Assembly: GCA_003132085.1 (NCBI GenBank)
Contig: PKWO01000089.1
Location: 16,941 to 52,913 of the forward strand
DNA length: 35,973 bases
Origin: Oxalobacteraceae bacterium
Lineage (GTDB): Bacteria; Pseudomonadota; Gammaproteobacteria; Burkholderiales; Burkholderiaceae_D
Direction of reading: 5' to 3'
Part shown: one piece after another, positions 24,605 to 34,289 of the stretch
Layout: each line of letters starts with the position of its first letter
Numbering within the stretch: the first letter of the stretch is position 1
Position numbers and translations under genes: made by a program
The notes under the pieces: model-generated
Seen by the model: the letters and a program-made list of their open reading frames with translations, nothing else
The model's database searches: none
What the model was told of the DNA's origin: nothing

Positions 24605-26046
24605 GCTACCTCCTCTTCAGAAGCGGTAAGCCGCTTAATATCGACCGGGGCTGCGATACAGCCGGCAATCGCACTGGCTGCGGCCACCGCAGGACTGGCC
24701 AGATGAGTCCGAGCTCCCGGTCCCTGGCGACCGACGAAATTGCGGTTCGAGGTCGACAGACAGCGTTCCCCCGGCGCCACCAGATCGCCATTGGCGCCAA
24801 CGCACATCGAGCATCCCGGCGCGCGCCATTCAAAGCCGGCGTCCAGAAACACCTTGTCCAACCCTTCCTGTTCGGCAGCATGCTTGACCAATAGCGATCC
24901 CGGGACCACCCAAGCGCGCACATGCGGCGCTACTTTGCAGCCACGCACCACGCGCGCCGCCGCCTGCAAATCGGACAATCGGCTATTGGCGCAGGAACCG
25001 ATGAATACCCGGTCGAGAGGCGTGCCGCTGATCGGCTGGCCCGGCCGCAAATGCATATAGTCGAGTGCCGCCAGCATCGCCTCTCGGCGCGCCGGATCGC
25101 ATTCCTGCTGCGGATCCGGAATCGTACCGTCAATCGCCATCACTTGTTCCGGGCTGGTGCCCCAACTGACTTGCGGATAAATCTTTGCCGCGTCGATACT
25201 CACTTCGCGGTCGAACACTGCGTCGCGGTCCGTCACCAGCGTCCGCCAGTGCGCGACGGCCGCCTCGAATTGCGCGCCGCACGGCGCAAATGGCCTACCG
25301 CACATGTAGTCGAAGGTGGTCTGGTCCGGGGCGATCAGGCCCATCTTGGCGCCGAACTCAATGGACATGTTACAGAGGCTCATGCGTGCTTCCATATCCA
25401 TGGCGACAATCGCCGGACCCACAAATTCGACCGCATAGCCGGTGCCGGCCGAGGCGCCTAGACGGCCGATCAGATGCATAATCATGTCCTTGGCACCGAC
25501 ACCTTCAGCCAGCATACCGGAGAATGTTACCCGCATCGTCTTGGGACGGCGCTGACGAATGGTCTGGGTCGCCAGCACATGCACCAGTTCGGAAGACCCG
25601 ATGCCCCAGGCAATCGCACCGAATGCGCCATGCGTGCAGGTATGGCTGTCACCGCAGACAATCACTGACCCGGGTAGTGACACACCCTGCTCCGGTCCGA
25701 TCACGTGCACGATGCCCTGTCTCCCGTCGGCAGTGTCGAAACGCCGAATGCCGTGCTGGCTGCTACTCTTGCGCATCGCGTCTACCATCATCGTGCTCCA
25801 CGGGGCATCGCCAGCACCATCGGTGCTGCTATCACGCCCCGGCCTAGTCGAAATCACATGGTCCAGCGCGGCAAACGTGAGTTCCGGATTGCGTACCGGC
25901 AAACCGCGCTTTTCCAGTTGCCCGATTGCCTCTACGCCGGTCAGTTCATGCATCAGATGACGATCCACATGCAGCAGGCTGACCGCCCCCGGCAATTCTG
26001 CCACCTGATGCAAATCCCAAATCTTGTCGAATATGGTCTGCGCCAT
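24601..26046 (-). CDS. Aconitase-family dehydratase large subunit (LeuC-like)
   Basis: MAQTIFDKIWDLHQV...HVDRHLMHE...VCGDSHTCTHGAFGA...GSCANSRLSDL carries the Fe-S cluster Cys motifs. GGAGGAG lies 7 nt before ATG 26046. The ORF track starts at GTG 26052. Confidence 0.85.
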   Translation of the reverse strand: MAQTIFDKIWDLHQVAELPGAVSLLHVDRHLMHELTGVEAIGQLEKRGLPVRNPELTFAALDHVISTRPGRDSSTDGAGDAPWSTMMVDAMRKSSSQHGIRRFDTADGRQGIVHVIGPEQGVSLPGSVIVCGDSHTCTHGAFGAIAWGIGSSELVHVLATQTIRQRRPKTMRVTFSGMLAEGVGAKDMIMHLIGRLGASAGTGYAVEFVGPAIVAMDMEARMSLCNMSIEFGAKMGLIAPDQTTFDYMCGRPFAPCGAQFEAAVAHWRTLVTDRDAVFDREVSIDAAKIYPQVSWGTSPEQVMAIDGTIPDPQQECDPARREAMLAALDYMHLRPGQPISGTPLDRVFIGSCANSRLSDLQAAARVVRGCKVAPHVRAWVVPGSLLVKHAAEQEGLDKVFLDAGFEWRAPGCSMCVGANGDLVAPGERCLSTSNRNFVGRQGPGARTHLASPAVAAASAIAGCIAAPVDIKRLTASEEEVA

Positions 26047-26048
26047 GA

Positions 26049-26924
26049 TCACTCCTCCGATCCGATTGCATGACGTTTTTCAAATTCCCATACTTCAGGG
26101 AAGCCAACCAGTTCATGCAGTTGTTTCATCGTAAGAAACGGCACGTCGAGATCAATGGTCGAATGATTTTTCTCCAGGAATCTGTAACCGGCTTCCAATG
26201 CCGCGGTTGCCACGGCCATGCCCAATGCCGGATAGATAGCGACGTTGAACCCCCAATCTTTTAACTGCGGGCTGGAGATTTCCGGTGACAACCCGGTTGG
26301 CACGATATTGGCCAACAAAAAAGCATCGATCTCGTCGGCGACTCGCCGGAATTCGTCCGCGGATTCGGGCGATTCGACAAACACGATGTCGGCACCCGCT
26401 TTGGCAAACGCCTTGCCGCGCGCAATCGCGGCGTCCAATCCCAGGCTAGTGCGGGCGTCAGTGCGGGCGATGATCAGCGTATCGTCGCTGCGACGGGCTT
26501 CGATCGCGACCTCGATCTTTTTGAGCATGTCATCCAGCGGTATCACCCGGCGCCCCGCCGTATGACCACATTTTTTTGGCATTTCCTGATCTTCGATCTG
26601 GATCGCCTGGACCCCGGCCGCTTCGTAGCCGCGTACCGTGTGACGCACATTGATCAGAGCACCAAAGCCGGTGTCGGCATCGGCAATCAGCGGCTTGTCT
26701 GTACCGGAGGCGATCTGCCGGGCGCGTCCGACCATGTCCGTATAGGTGGTAATACCGACATCCGCCACACCGTTATACGAAGCGGACACGCCGTAGCCGG
26801 TCATGTACAATGCCTTGAAGTTGAGCCGGTTAGCAATGCGGGCAGAAAACATGTCGAAGACGCCCGGTGCGACAACGAACTGACCGGACTGAAGAATTTG
26901 TTTGAGCTTCGGTTGCACAGACAT
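26049..26924 (-). CDS. Isocitrate-lyase/PEP-mutase superfamily C-C lyase (2-methylisocitrate lyase or 2,3-dimethylmalate lyase-like)
   Basis: The motifs MTGYGVSAS, ADADTGFG and IEDQEMPKKCGH are present. The KKCGH loop carries the catalytic Cys, which favours a lyase over a mutase. ARTDA is also present. Confidence 0.8.
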   Translation of the reverse strand: MSVQPKLKQILQSGQFVVAPGVFDMFSARIANRLNFKALYMTGYGVSASYNGVADVGITTYTDMVGRARQIASGTDKPLIADADTGFGALINVRHTVRGYEAAGVQAIQIEDQEMPKKCGHTAGRRVIPLDDMLKKIEVAIEARRSDDTLIIARTDARTSLGLDAAIARGKAFAKAGADIVFVESPESADEFRRVADEIDAFLLANIVPTGLSPEISSPQLKDWGFNVAIYPALGMAVATAALEAGYRFLEKNHSTIDLDVPFLTMKQLHELVGFPEVWEFEKRHAIGSEE

Positions 26925-27121
26925 GGTGGATTTCCTGGTTAATAATTGATGTTAACGAAATTGTAAAAAAACTAGTTGAGAGACCAAAAGAACCATGCTT
27001 TGAATGGTCGCTTGACCACTTCCCGGTCTACGATCGTTGAATACAACACGTTTTAAAGGCTCGATTTTCATTCATCACAATTGATATTTTTCTACAGTCT
27101 CAACGGCTGATATACGCGGCA

Positions 27122-27934
27122 TCAAGCTTCAGGTTGTGCCAAGATGGTACGTGCCTGGTCGATCAGCGGTTTATCTATGAGCTTTCCGTCTACTGCTATG
27201 GCACCATGTGCTCCGGCCGCAATGGCCTCGACCACACGCTTGGCCCAAGTGCGCTCAATCGTAGACGGTAGAAAACCGGCATTGACTGACGGCACCTGCT
27301 TCGGGTGAATGCAGAGCTTTGCGCCAAATCCCAGCGCACGCGCACGCGTTACATCGGACAATATGCTGTCAACCTCTGCAATTGCGGTCGATACGCCATC
27401 GATCGGCGCCGGCAGGCCGGCATAGCGGGATTCCAACACGATCGCCGTGCGCACTGCGTCCAATGCGCCATCCAGGTCCTGCATACCCGCGTCGGTACAG
27501 AAATCGACCGACCCGAATGCAACGCGCGCGACCATCCCGGATTGCACGATTTCACGCAAGGCCAAGACGCCGGATACCGACTCGACCAACGCGAGCAGCG
27601 GCTGGCACGCCGATAACCGGGCTTTCACAGCACGGACCATGGAAGCACTTTCCGTCTTTGGCAGCATCACGGACTGTACCGCTGGCAGTGCTGCAAGCGC
27701 CAAGTCATCGTCGTGCCATTCTGTCTGCGCACCGTTAACACGTACGCAAACCCTGGTACCCGGGGCAGCATCTGCAAGCCAATCGCGCAGTGCAGCACGC
27801 GCGACTTCCTTGGCGTCCGGATTTACAGCATCCTCCAGATCGATAACAACCTGGTGGGCGCCGCTCGCAAGCGCTTTAAGAAAGCGTTCCGGCCGGTCAC
27901 CCGGAACGAAGAGATAACTGCGCGGTAAGATCAT
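27122..27934 (-). CDS. HpcH/HpaI aldolase / citrate-lyase beta (CitE)-like acyl-CoA lyase (citramalyl-CoA or malyl-CoA lyase type)
   Basis: RSYLFVPGDRPERFLKALASGAHQVVIDLEDAV is the classic CitE N-terminus. The C-terminal part contains FGAKLCIHPKQV. Confidence 0.8.
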   Translation of the reverse strand: MILPRSYLFVPGDRPERFLKALASGAHQVVIDLEDAVNPDAKEVARAALRDWLADAAPGTRVCVRVNGAQTEWHDDDLALAALPAVQSVMLPKTESASMVRAVKARLSACQPLLALVESVSGVLALREIVQSGMVARVAFGSVDFCTDAGMQDLDGALDAVRTAIVLESRYAGLPAPIDGVSTAIAEVDSILSDVTRARALGFGAKLCIHPKQVPSVNAGFLPSTIERTWAKRVVEAIAAGAHGAIAVDGKLIDKPLIDQARTILAQPEA

Positions 27935-27961
27935 GACAAATTCCTTTCGATATCGATCGTC

Positions 27962-28708
27962 CTACCTTGCTTGCCAGTCCCGCTGGAAAATCTGGGAATA
28001 TGCGAAGCGATTCGCGGGGTGAGTGCTGATCGCCACTTCAATAATTTGCTTCTTGCGATTGATATAGTGACGGGAAATGCGCAAGGCCGGCGATAACGGC
28101 TTGACTCCGAGCACTTGTGCCATGGCCTTCGGGATCGCGACAGCACAGATTTCCTGTACCACTTCCACAATATGCTCACCGAACTGTTGCTCGATCAGAA
28201 TAAAGATTGGCGTATGCCTGCTACTAGTCAGGCCCGTCACGGACCGAAACGCCGGATGGATCAATACCTCCGTGAAGCAAATCGGCGGCGAGTGTTCATT
28301 GGTACGACGAACACCAGTAGCACGCAGCCAGCGCTCGCCGGGATGCGCATCGACTAGCTGGGCGGTTTCCAAATCCAGTTCCACCAGTCCGGCCTCAGCA
28401 ATAACGAGCTCGGTCTCAGCCGTGTATTGGCGTAAATCAGCCAACTCTCCCATCACTTGCCGATAGCCGGCTACTGGTGTAGTCGCCACGACATGCGTCC
28501 CAACACGAGGCTGCCGCACAACCATTCCCATCTGGGCGAGCTGCTTAATCGCTTCGCGAACCGTAAATCGGCTTACGCCAAACTGCTTGCACAATTCGAA
28601 CTCCGTCGGTAACTGGCCGCCGAGCGGATATTGACCCGACTGGATCTCATTGAGCAGCGTCTGTGCCAACTGCATATATCTTGGTTGCTGACCGATAAAA
28701 GAAACCAT
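27962..28708 (-). CDS. GntR-family transcriptional regulator, HutC/UTRA subfamily
   Basis: The N-terminal winged helix reads LPTEFELCKQFGVSRFTVREAIKQLAQMGMVVRQPRVGTHV. An effector domain of about 170 aa follows. Confidence 0.8.
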   Translation of the reverse strand: MVSFIGQQPRYMQLAQTLLNEIQSGQYPLGGQLPTEFELCKQFGVSRFTVREAIKQLAQMGMVVRQPRVGTHVVATTPVAGYRQVMGELADLRQYTAETELVIAEAGLVELDLETAQLVDAHPGERWLRATGVRRTNEHSPPICFTEVLIHPAFRSVTGLTSSRHTPIFILIEQQFGEHIVEVVQEICAVAIPKAMAQVLGVKPLSPALRISRHYINRKKQIIEVAISTHPANRFAYSQIFQRDWQAR

Positions 28709-28759
28709 AGTGAAAACGCCTGTCTTGTTTAAGAGTGATAGGGGAGCACTGCGCTGCCG

Positions 28760-29953
28760 CTATTGCACCACCGCTTGCTCCCTTAAGGAAGCGATGCGTT
28801 CCGCACTGTAGCCCAGTTCGGTCAATATATCTTCGGTATCCTCGCCGAGACGAGGGGCCGCCCGAGTAGGCAAGCAGTCCCCTTGCACGCGTACTGGGGA
28901 CGCGACGTTTCGAATCGCGCCATGCTCAGGGTGGATGAAATCGACGATACGTTCCTGTTCCGCGACGAAATCGGTATCGAGCGCCTGCGCCACATCATAC
29001 ACCGGTGCTGCGGGAACCTTGCCAGCGAAACGCGTGATCCATTCAGCGGTGTCGTGCTGCATCAGCACACCGTCCAATTCACGCCGCACGCGATCCCTAT
29101 TCTTCAGACGCACCTTGTAGTTAGCCAGCTCCGGATCCGTTACCCATTCAGGCTTGCCGACAACATGTGCCAGCGCTCCCCAAAACTTCTCCTTGTTACA
29201 CATGATAAAAATCCAGCCGTCTCGTGTGCGATACAGCTCACTCGGCGTCAATGATGGATGACTCGAACGCGGCTCGCGCTGGGTGACATGTTTTCCATTG
29301 AGATACCAGGTAGCAACGTAGGCTAGATTATGCAACGCAACGTCAAAGAGGCTCACGTCAAGGTCACGCCCTCGCCCAGTGCGGCGCGCTTCCAGCACCC
29401 CAGCCAACATCGCCATCGCGGCCGTCGTACCAGTCATCAGGTCGACGATTGACAGACCGAATCGAGCCGGGGGGCCATCTGGATCCCCGGTCAAAGATAG
29501 ATAGCCTGTCTCGGCTTGCATCAGATAATCGTAACCGGGCCATGCCGCACGCGAACCCGTGCGTCCATAGGCCGACAGGTGTACGCAGACCACTGCAGGG
29601 TTGTACTCGGCGAGCGATTGGTAATCGATGCCAAGCTTGGCGGGAAGGTCACCGCGCAGGTTATTGAAAACAATATCGCAATTTGCCGTCAGGTTATGCA
29701 GTACCTCCTTCCCTTCCAGCTTCTTGAGATCCAGCGACATGCTGCGCTTATTCCGGTTGAACGCCTCGTAAAAGTGACTGTCTCCTGGCCCAAAGTAGTA
29801 GGGGCCAACCACCCGGCCAACGTCACCACCATCGTTCGGGTTCTCGATCTTGATTACCTCAGCGCCAAGGTCAGCCAGATGCTGAGTTGCGAATGGGCCA
29901 GCGCCGTACTGCTCGACGGCGACGATGCGAAGGCCTGCGAGAGGGAGGCTCAT
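28760..29953 (-). CDS. Family III (CaiB/BaiF) CoA-transferase
   Basis: The N-terminus PLAGLRIVAVEQYGAGPFATQHLADLGAEVIKIE is family-III-like. It overlaps the upstream acyl-CoA dehydrogenase gene by 4 nt. Confidence 0.85.
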   Translation of the reverse strand: MSLPLAGLRIVAVEQYGAGPFATQHLADLGAEVIKIENPNDGGDVGRVVGPYYFGPGDSHFYEAFNRNKRSMSLDLKKLEGKEVLHNLTANCDIVFNNLRGDLPAKLGIDYQSLAEYNPAVVCVHLSAYGRTGSRAAWPGYDYLMQAETGYLSLTGDPDGPPARFGLSIVDLMTGTTAAMAMLAGVLEARRTGRGRDLDVSLFDVALHNLAYVATWYLNGKHVTQREPRSSHPSLTPSELYRTRDGWIFIMCNKEKFWGALAHVVGKPEWVTDPELANYKVRLKNRDRVRRELDGVLMQHDTAEWITRFAGKVPAAPVYDVAQALDTDFVAEQERIVDFIHPEHGAIRNVASPVRVQGDCLPTRAAPRLGEDTEDILTELGYSAERIASLREQAVVQ

Positions 29954-31110
29954 ACCGGATTCCTTTCAATTAGTTGACGCGCAATGATGATGCGCTGCAT
30001 TTCGTTAGTGCCTTCACCGATGACGAGTAGTGGCGCATCGCGGTACAAGCGCTCAATGTTAAGTTCCTTGGAATAGCCGTATCCACCGTGAATGCGCATC
30101 GCCTCCAAGCTGTTTTCCACCCCGGCTTCGGTAGCAAAGTATTTGGCCATGCCAGCTTCCATGTCACAGCGTTCGCCGCGATCGAAAGCCTGCGCGGCTG
30201 CATCCACGAGCAAGCGCGCGGCATGCACGCGCGTCGCCATTTCCCCAAGTTTGAGCTGGATGGCCTGGTGTTCGCAGATTGGCTTACCGAAAGTCTTGCG
30301 CATCTGAGCATAGGCGACTGACTCGTCCAGCGCCGCTGATGCGATGCCGACGCCACGGGCAGCCACGTTGATACGCCCGAGCTCCAATCCACCTAGGATT
30401 TGCTGCAACCCGCGCCCTTCCTTTCCACCGATCAGGCGATCGACTGGAACGCGGTAGTTTTCAAAACGTAACTCGCATGTATCAATACCCTTGTAGCCAA
30501 GCTTTTCGAGCTTTCGGCTCACTTCAAAGCCAGGTCCTTTTTCTGCAATCAATAGGCTCATACCTTTGTGTGCTGGCTTTGCACTAAGGTCGGTCTTCAC
30601 TAGCAACGCCACGGTGTTGCCATACATACTATTGGTGATCCAGGTCTTCGCACCATTGATCACATATTCGTCGCCTTCACGCTTGGCCATCGTGCGGATA
30701 GCTTGCAGGTCAGTACCGCAGTCAGGCTCGGTCAAGGCCACGCCGCCGCGCAGCTCGCCGGTAGCGAAACGCGGCAGATAGGCTTGCTTCTGCGCCTCGG
30801 TACCATTGCGTTGCACAGCCATGGCCAAAATCAGGTGCGAATTGATGATGCCGCTAATCGACATCCATACCGACGACATCCGTTCGATGATGCGCGCGTA
30901 GATGCGCGTATTCAGCCCGAACCCGCCGTATTCCGGCGCGATGAGACAGCCGAACAATCCCATCTCCTTCATTTTTTCGACAATCGCGGCCGGATACTCA
31001 TCGTCCCTCTCGAGCTGGCGGACGTATGGCTTGACCTCGACCTTGAGGAAGCGGTCGACCATGTCGAGAATAATTTTCCCCTGATCATCGGGATCGATAG
31101 TTGACGTCAT
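29950..31110 (-). CDS. Acyl-CoA dehydrogenase
   Basis: The protein is 386 aa. LTEPDCGTDL, WITNS and the C-terminal IYEGTNE-like motif (VIGEGTNEMQR) are present. Confidence 0.85.
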   Translation of the reverse strand: MTSTIDPDDQGKIILDMVDRFLKVEVKPYVRQLERDDEYPAAIVEKMKEMGLFGCLIAPEYGGFGLNTRIYARIIERMSSVWMSISGIINSHLILAMAVQRNGTEAQKQAYLPRFATGELRGGVALTEPDCGTDLQAIRTMAKREGDEYVINGAKTWITNSMYGNTVALLVKTDLSAKPAHKGMSLLIAEKGPGFEVSRKLEKLGYKGIDTCELRFENYRVPVDRLIGGKEGRGLQQILGGLELGRINVAARGVGIASAALDESVAYAQMRKTFGKPICEHQAIQLKLGEMATRVHAARLLVDAAAQAFDRGERCDMEAGMAKYFATEAGVENSLEAMRIHGGYGYSKELNIERLYRDAPLLVIGEGTNEMQRIIIARQLIERNPV

Positions 31111-31174
31111 TTTTTGCTCCGTTTCTATATGCGAATAATTTTAATTGCGGGCAGCGATGCTCGCTCCCAGCCTG

Positions 31175-32596
31175 TCATGGCTTTTCTGCGAAGATGGCCG
31201 CAAGTGCACGCGCGTCATGCTGATCGAGGGTCAACACGGCTTCCGCGACACGCTGTGCATGACTCTGGCTCAAGGCACGCGTCGCGTTCTCCATGTACTT
31301 CGCCAGGACATCATCGTTGCCAAGCGGACGGTCGGTGTTTCCCCGATTCACGGCTTCACGGTGGCGCAGTACACTGCCATTCTCCATTTCGACGATGACC
31401 TCGCCGGTGTAATGACGGGGAAAAGTAGAGTCCGGGTCCACCTGATAATCCACCTTTGCCGCTAAGGCGAGCACTGCCGCATCGGCAAGCGCTTCCTCCT
31501 CCAGCTCATCAATGGTGAACCGCCCCTTCAGTAACCCCGTCGCGACGATATAAGGGATGCTGAACTGCGCGTCATAGCTGTTAGCAGGGCGGCGCTTGTT
31601 TGAGACAGGTTCGCACACTGTCTTGACGACCTGCTCCGGCACCAGCACGCACACGCGACGGATACGGCGTACCCTGTCGGCGGTTGCGTCTCCACCCAAC
31701 TGGCGAGATAGCGCGATCGCAGCATCGGCCGCAGCATGGGTGAAATGGCATGCCGGTATTGGCTTGATGGCCACCTCTTCTATCTGCCAACGCTGACCTA
31801 GTGCCTCGGTGGCCAGTCCTAGATCGGCTTGTGCAAGGCGGTCACCGAGATGGCTGGCATAGAGGCCAAAGCGACCTTCATAGGGGCGGCGCGGACCGAT
31901 ATACCCGTGTTCAGCAAACGTGGCCGCAGTAATGCCCGCCACGCCGGCCCAACCGGGATGCATGCGCTTAGTCCATGCACCATCCTCGAGGAATTCGAGG
32001 CTGCCGCTGGCCATGGACAAGGCGATACCCTGCGCCATTACCGTTCGCTCCTGATCTAGTCCTCGCAGCCGCGCTGTCGCTACCGTACAACCAAAGGCAC
32101 CAGCAACACCAGTGGGATGGAAGCCCACTTGATGAAAGCCGCCCTGTGCCACCATACCGACCCGAGTTGCAATTTCCATCCCCAAGATATAAGCGGTCAG
32201 CAGATCCACGCCAGAGGCGCCATCATGATCGGCGACCGCTAGAGCCGTCGGGAATAAACTTGCGGTCGCGTGAATCACGCCCCGCGAATGCGTGTCGTCG
32301 TAGTCGAGGCCATGGATTAGGATGCCGTTCATCAGCACCGCATCTCGCATGCCAAGAATCCGGCCATGTCCAATGACGCAGGCGGGTCCATTACCAAAGG
32401 CCTGGAGCGCCTTCAGCGAGACCGTCTCGTAAGGATAGCCTTGGGACGCATAGGCGATGCCGACTGCGTCCAGGATCAGATATTTGGCGCGCTCCCTCAC
32501 CGCTGCGGGAATGGCATCGGCGGAAAGCGTAGTCGTGAAGCGTGCAAGTACATCTGAAATATTTTCAGTCGCAAGTCGTTGTTCGGGGGCATTCAT
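31175..32596 (-). CDS. MmgE/PrpD-family protein (2-methylcitrate dehydratase / cis-aconitate decarboxylase superfamily)
   Basis: The protein is 473 aa. The N-terminus reads ARFTTTLSADAIPAAVRERAKYLILDAVGIAYAS. The HPGW...G motifs are characteristic of the family. Confidence 0.8.
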   Translation of the reverse strand: MNAPEQRLATENISDVLARFTTTLSADAIPAAVRERAKYLILDAVGIAYASQGYPYETVSLKALQAFGNGPACVIGHGRILGMRDAVLMNGILIHGLDYDDTHSRGVIHATASLFPTALAVADHDGASGVDLLTAYILGMEIATRVGMVAQGGFHQVGFHPTGVAGAFGCTVATARLRGLDQERTVMAQGIALSMASGSLEFLEDGAWTKRMHPGWAGVAGITAATFAEHGYIGPRRPYEGRFGLYASHLGDRLAQADLGLATEALGQRWQIEEVAIKPIPACHFTHAAADAAIALSRQLGGDATADRVRRIRRVCVLVPEQVVKTVCEPVSNKRRPANSYDAQFSIPYIVATGLLKGRFTIDELEEEALADAAVLALAAKVDYQVDPDSTFPRHYTGEVIVEMENGSVLRHREAVNRGNTDRPLGNDDVLAKYMENATRALSQSHAQRVAEAVLTLDQHDARALAAIFAEKP

Positions 32597-32623
32597 CTTG
32601 ATCTCCTATGTTGGCGTGGTGTA

Positions 32624-32637
32624 CTGATACGTGTCAG
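32624..32637. promoter_or_regulatory. Candidate operator: 14-bp near-palindrome CTGATACGTGTCAG upstream of the MmgE/PrpD gene
   Basis: Six of seven half-site positions are self-complementary. It lies 28-41 nt upstream of ATG 32596 (minus strand). A HutC-type GntR regulator is encoded in the cluster. I found no second copy. Confidence 0.2.
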
Positions 32638-32819
32638 CTAGTATGCGCACCGGCACTGTCAGTGCGATCCGGGGAAGGTTCGGGGGCAGATGGTTCGGGA
32701 ACAACGTCTTCAAGCGAATGCTGGCTGGTCTCGAGTGTGTTGCACCAATGAAAGCGCGAAACAGATAGGCGATTAAGTCGCGCGCCGGCATTGACGTTGC
32801 TTATGGTGCTAGTCTTCAT
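32634..32819 (-). pseudogene. Possible relic of an MFS transporter N-terminus (61-codon ORF)
   Basis: AAGGAGA lies 5 nt before ATG 32819. The start MKTSTISNVNAGARLNRLSVSRFHW resembles the (A)RLDRLP.(S/T)R..W N-terminal motif I remember from a proteobacterial MFS subfamily. No TM1 follows in any frame. Confidence 0.25.
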
Positions 32820-32864
32820 TGCTGTCTCCTTGAGTATTCTTATGCGTCATTAATGGTGTGTTTC

Positions 32865-34289
32865 CTACACAGGGTATTGTTCGTGCCAATCGGTTCTCTG
32901 CTGATACTGGTGGCCGACGCGAAACAAAGTAGCCTCACCAAACGGTCGGCCGACCAGTTGCACCCCACACGGTAACCCATTGCCTGTCTTGCCGGCTGGC
33001 AGCGCCAGCGCTGGAAGTCCGAGATAGCTGATGCCGCGGGTCCAATAGGAGAAGCCACCAAAGCGAGCCTCGATCTCTCCTTCGCTTCCGCGCACAGTTT
33101 CTTCAATACTTGGCACGGCATAGGGCAGTACCGGCAGAAGCAGTGCATCCGCACCCGGCAAAAATTGCTTCAGAAACTGCGCAAGCATCAGCGGTCGCAA
33201 CCGCAGCGCATCGATGTAGCGCGTAGCCGGGTACAGCAAACCACGTTCGATCCGGCGCCTCACCTGCCTACCGTAGTCATCGGCACGCGAGGCAAGCCAT
33301 CGCTGATGGATCGAGGCGGCTTCCGCACCCAGTACCAAATTGGCAAGTGCGCTGAGATCATTAAAGTTAGGTACCGGTACCCGCAGCAGGACAGCGCCTG
33401 CGGCTGAGAATACTCGAGCAGCCTCCTCCACGCGCTCGCGGACTTCAGCCGATACGGGGCTAGTCTCGTCAAATAGAGGTACAGCGAGTCGTACGCCATC
33501 CTGCAAGGGACGCTCGATACCGACCTCGTAATCTTGTCTGCCTGTCGCGACGCAGGTCGGGTCGTTGGCATCTGGACCAGACACGGCGCTAAGTAATTTG
33601 GCGCAATCGCGAACTGTCTGCGCCAGAAAGCCGACACAATCCAGACTCGGCGAGAGCGGCATCACACCATGTATCGAAACTAGGTGCTGCGTCGGTTTGA
33701 TGCCTGTCACACCACACACCGCGGCCGGAATTCGCACTGACCCGCCGGTATCCGACCCGAGGGCGGCGCTAACGAGGCGCGCTGCGGTCACCACGCCGCT
33801 ACCGCTAGACGATCCGCCGGACACGTGATCGTCCGACCAGGGGTTACGACCGTGCCCGATCTGCGCGTTGAATCCAGTTGGGCTCATGGCGAACTCGGCC
33901 ATATGCAGTGCGCCGATGTCAACCGCGCCGGCCGCCTCCAGCCGGGTGATAACCGTTGCGGTGAAATCTGGTGTGAATCCCTTCAGGATGGCGCTACCGC
34001 ATTCAGTCAATTCTCCCGCGCGGTAAAACATATCCTTGTGTGCAAACGGCACTCCCGCGAGCAGGGCGTTAGGCGTTGGGACGTCATCGCGCGCTGCGGC
34101 GTCGCTCAGGGCTCCGCGTTCTCGCAAGCGGACGAAGCCGGTACCGGCAAATCGATGAGCTGCCGTCAAGGCGCGTTCGGCTAGCTCGACAGCAGTATAG
34201 CGCCCAGCTCGACATGCGTCGGCGGCGTCTGTCACGGAAAGTGCCATCGGTACCATGATGGACTGCTTGGTGTGCAATGGTTGGTTCAT
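32865..34289 (-). CDS. Amidase-signature (AS) family amidase
   Basis: The AS motif is GGSSSGSGVVTAARLVSAALGSDTGGSVRIPAAVCGVTGIKPT. The catalytic Lys context is PFAHKDMF. Confidence 0.85.
   Translation of the reverse strand: MNQPLHTKQSIMVPMALSVTDAADACRAGRYTAVELAERALTAAHRFAGTGFVRLRERGALSDAAARDDVPTPNALLAGVPFAHKDMFYRAGELTECGSAILKGFTPDFTATVITRLEAAGAVDIGALHMAEFAMSPTGFNAQIGHGRNPWSDDHVSGGSSSGSGVVTAARLVSAALGSDTGGSVRIPAAVCGVTGIKPTQHLVSIHGVMPLSPSLDCVGFLAQTVRDCAKLLSAVSGPDANDPTCVATGRQDYEVGIERPLQDGVRLAVPLFDETSPVSAEVRERVEEAARVFSAAGAVLLRVPVPNFNDLSALANLVLGAEAASIHQRWLASRADDYGRQVRRRIERGLLYPATRYIDALRLRPLMLAQFLKQFLPGADALLLPVLPYAVPSIEETVRGSEGEIEARFGGFSYWTRGISYLGLPALALPAGKTGNGLPCGVQLVGRPFGEATLFRVGHQYQQRTDWHEQYPV

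Noticed and set aside
26925-27121. Short inverted repeats (GTTAA...TTAAC around 26940-26960, ACCAT...ATGGT around 26990-27010) as regulator sites upstream of the lyase gene
   Set aside because: The arms are only 5 bp in an AT-rich spacer, which is expected by chance. They bear no resemblance to the palindrome at 32624-32637.
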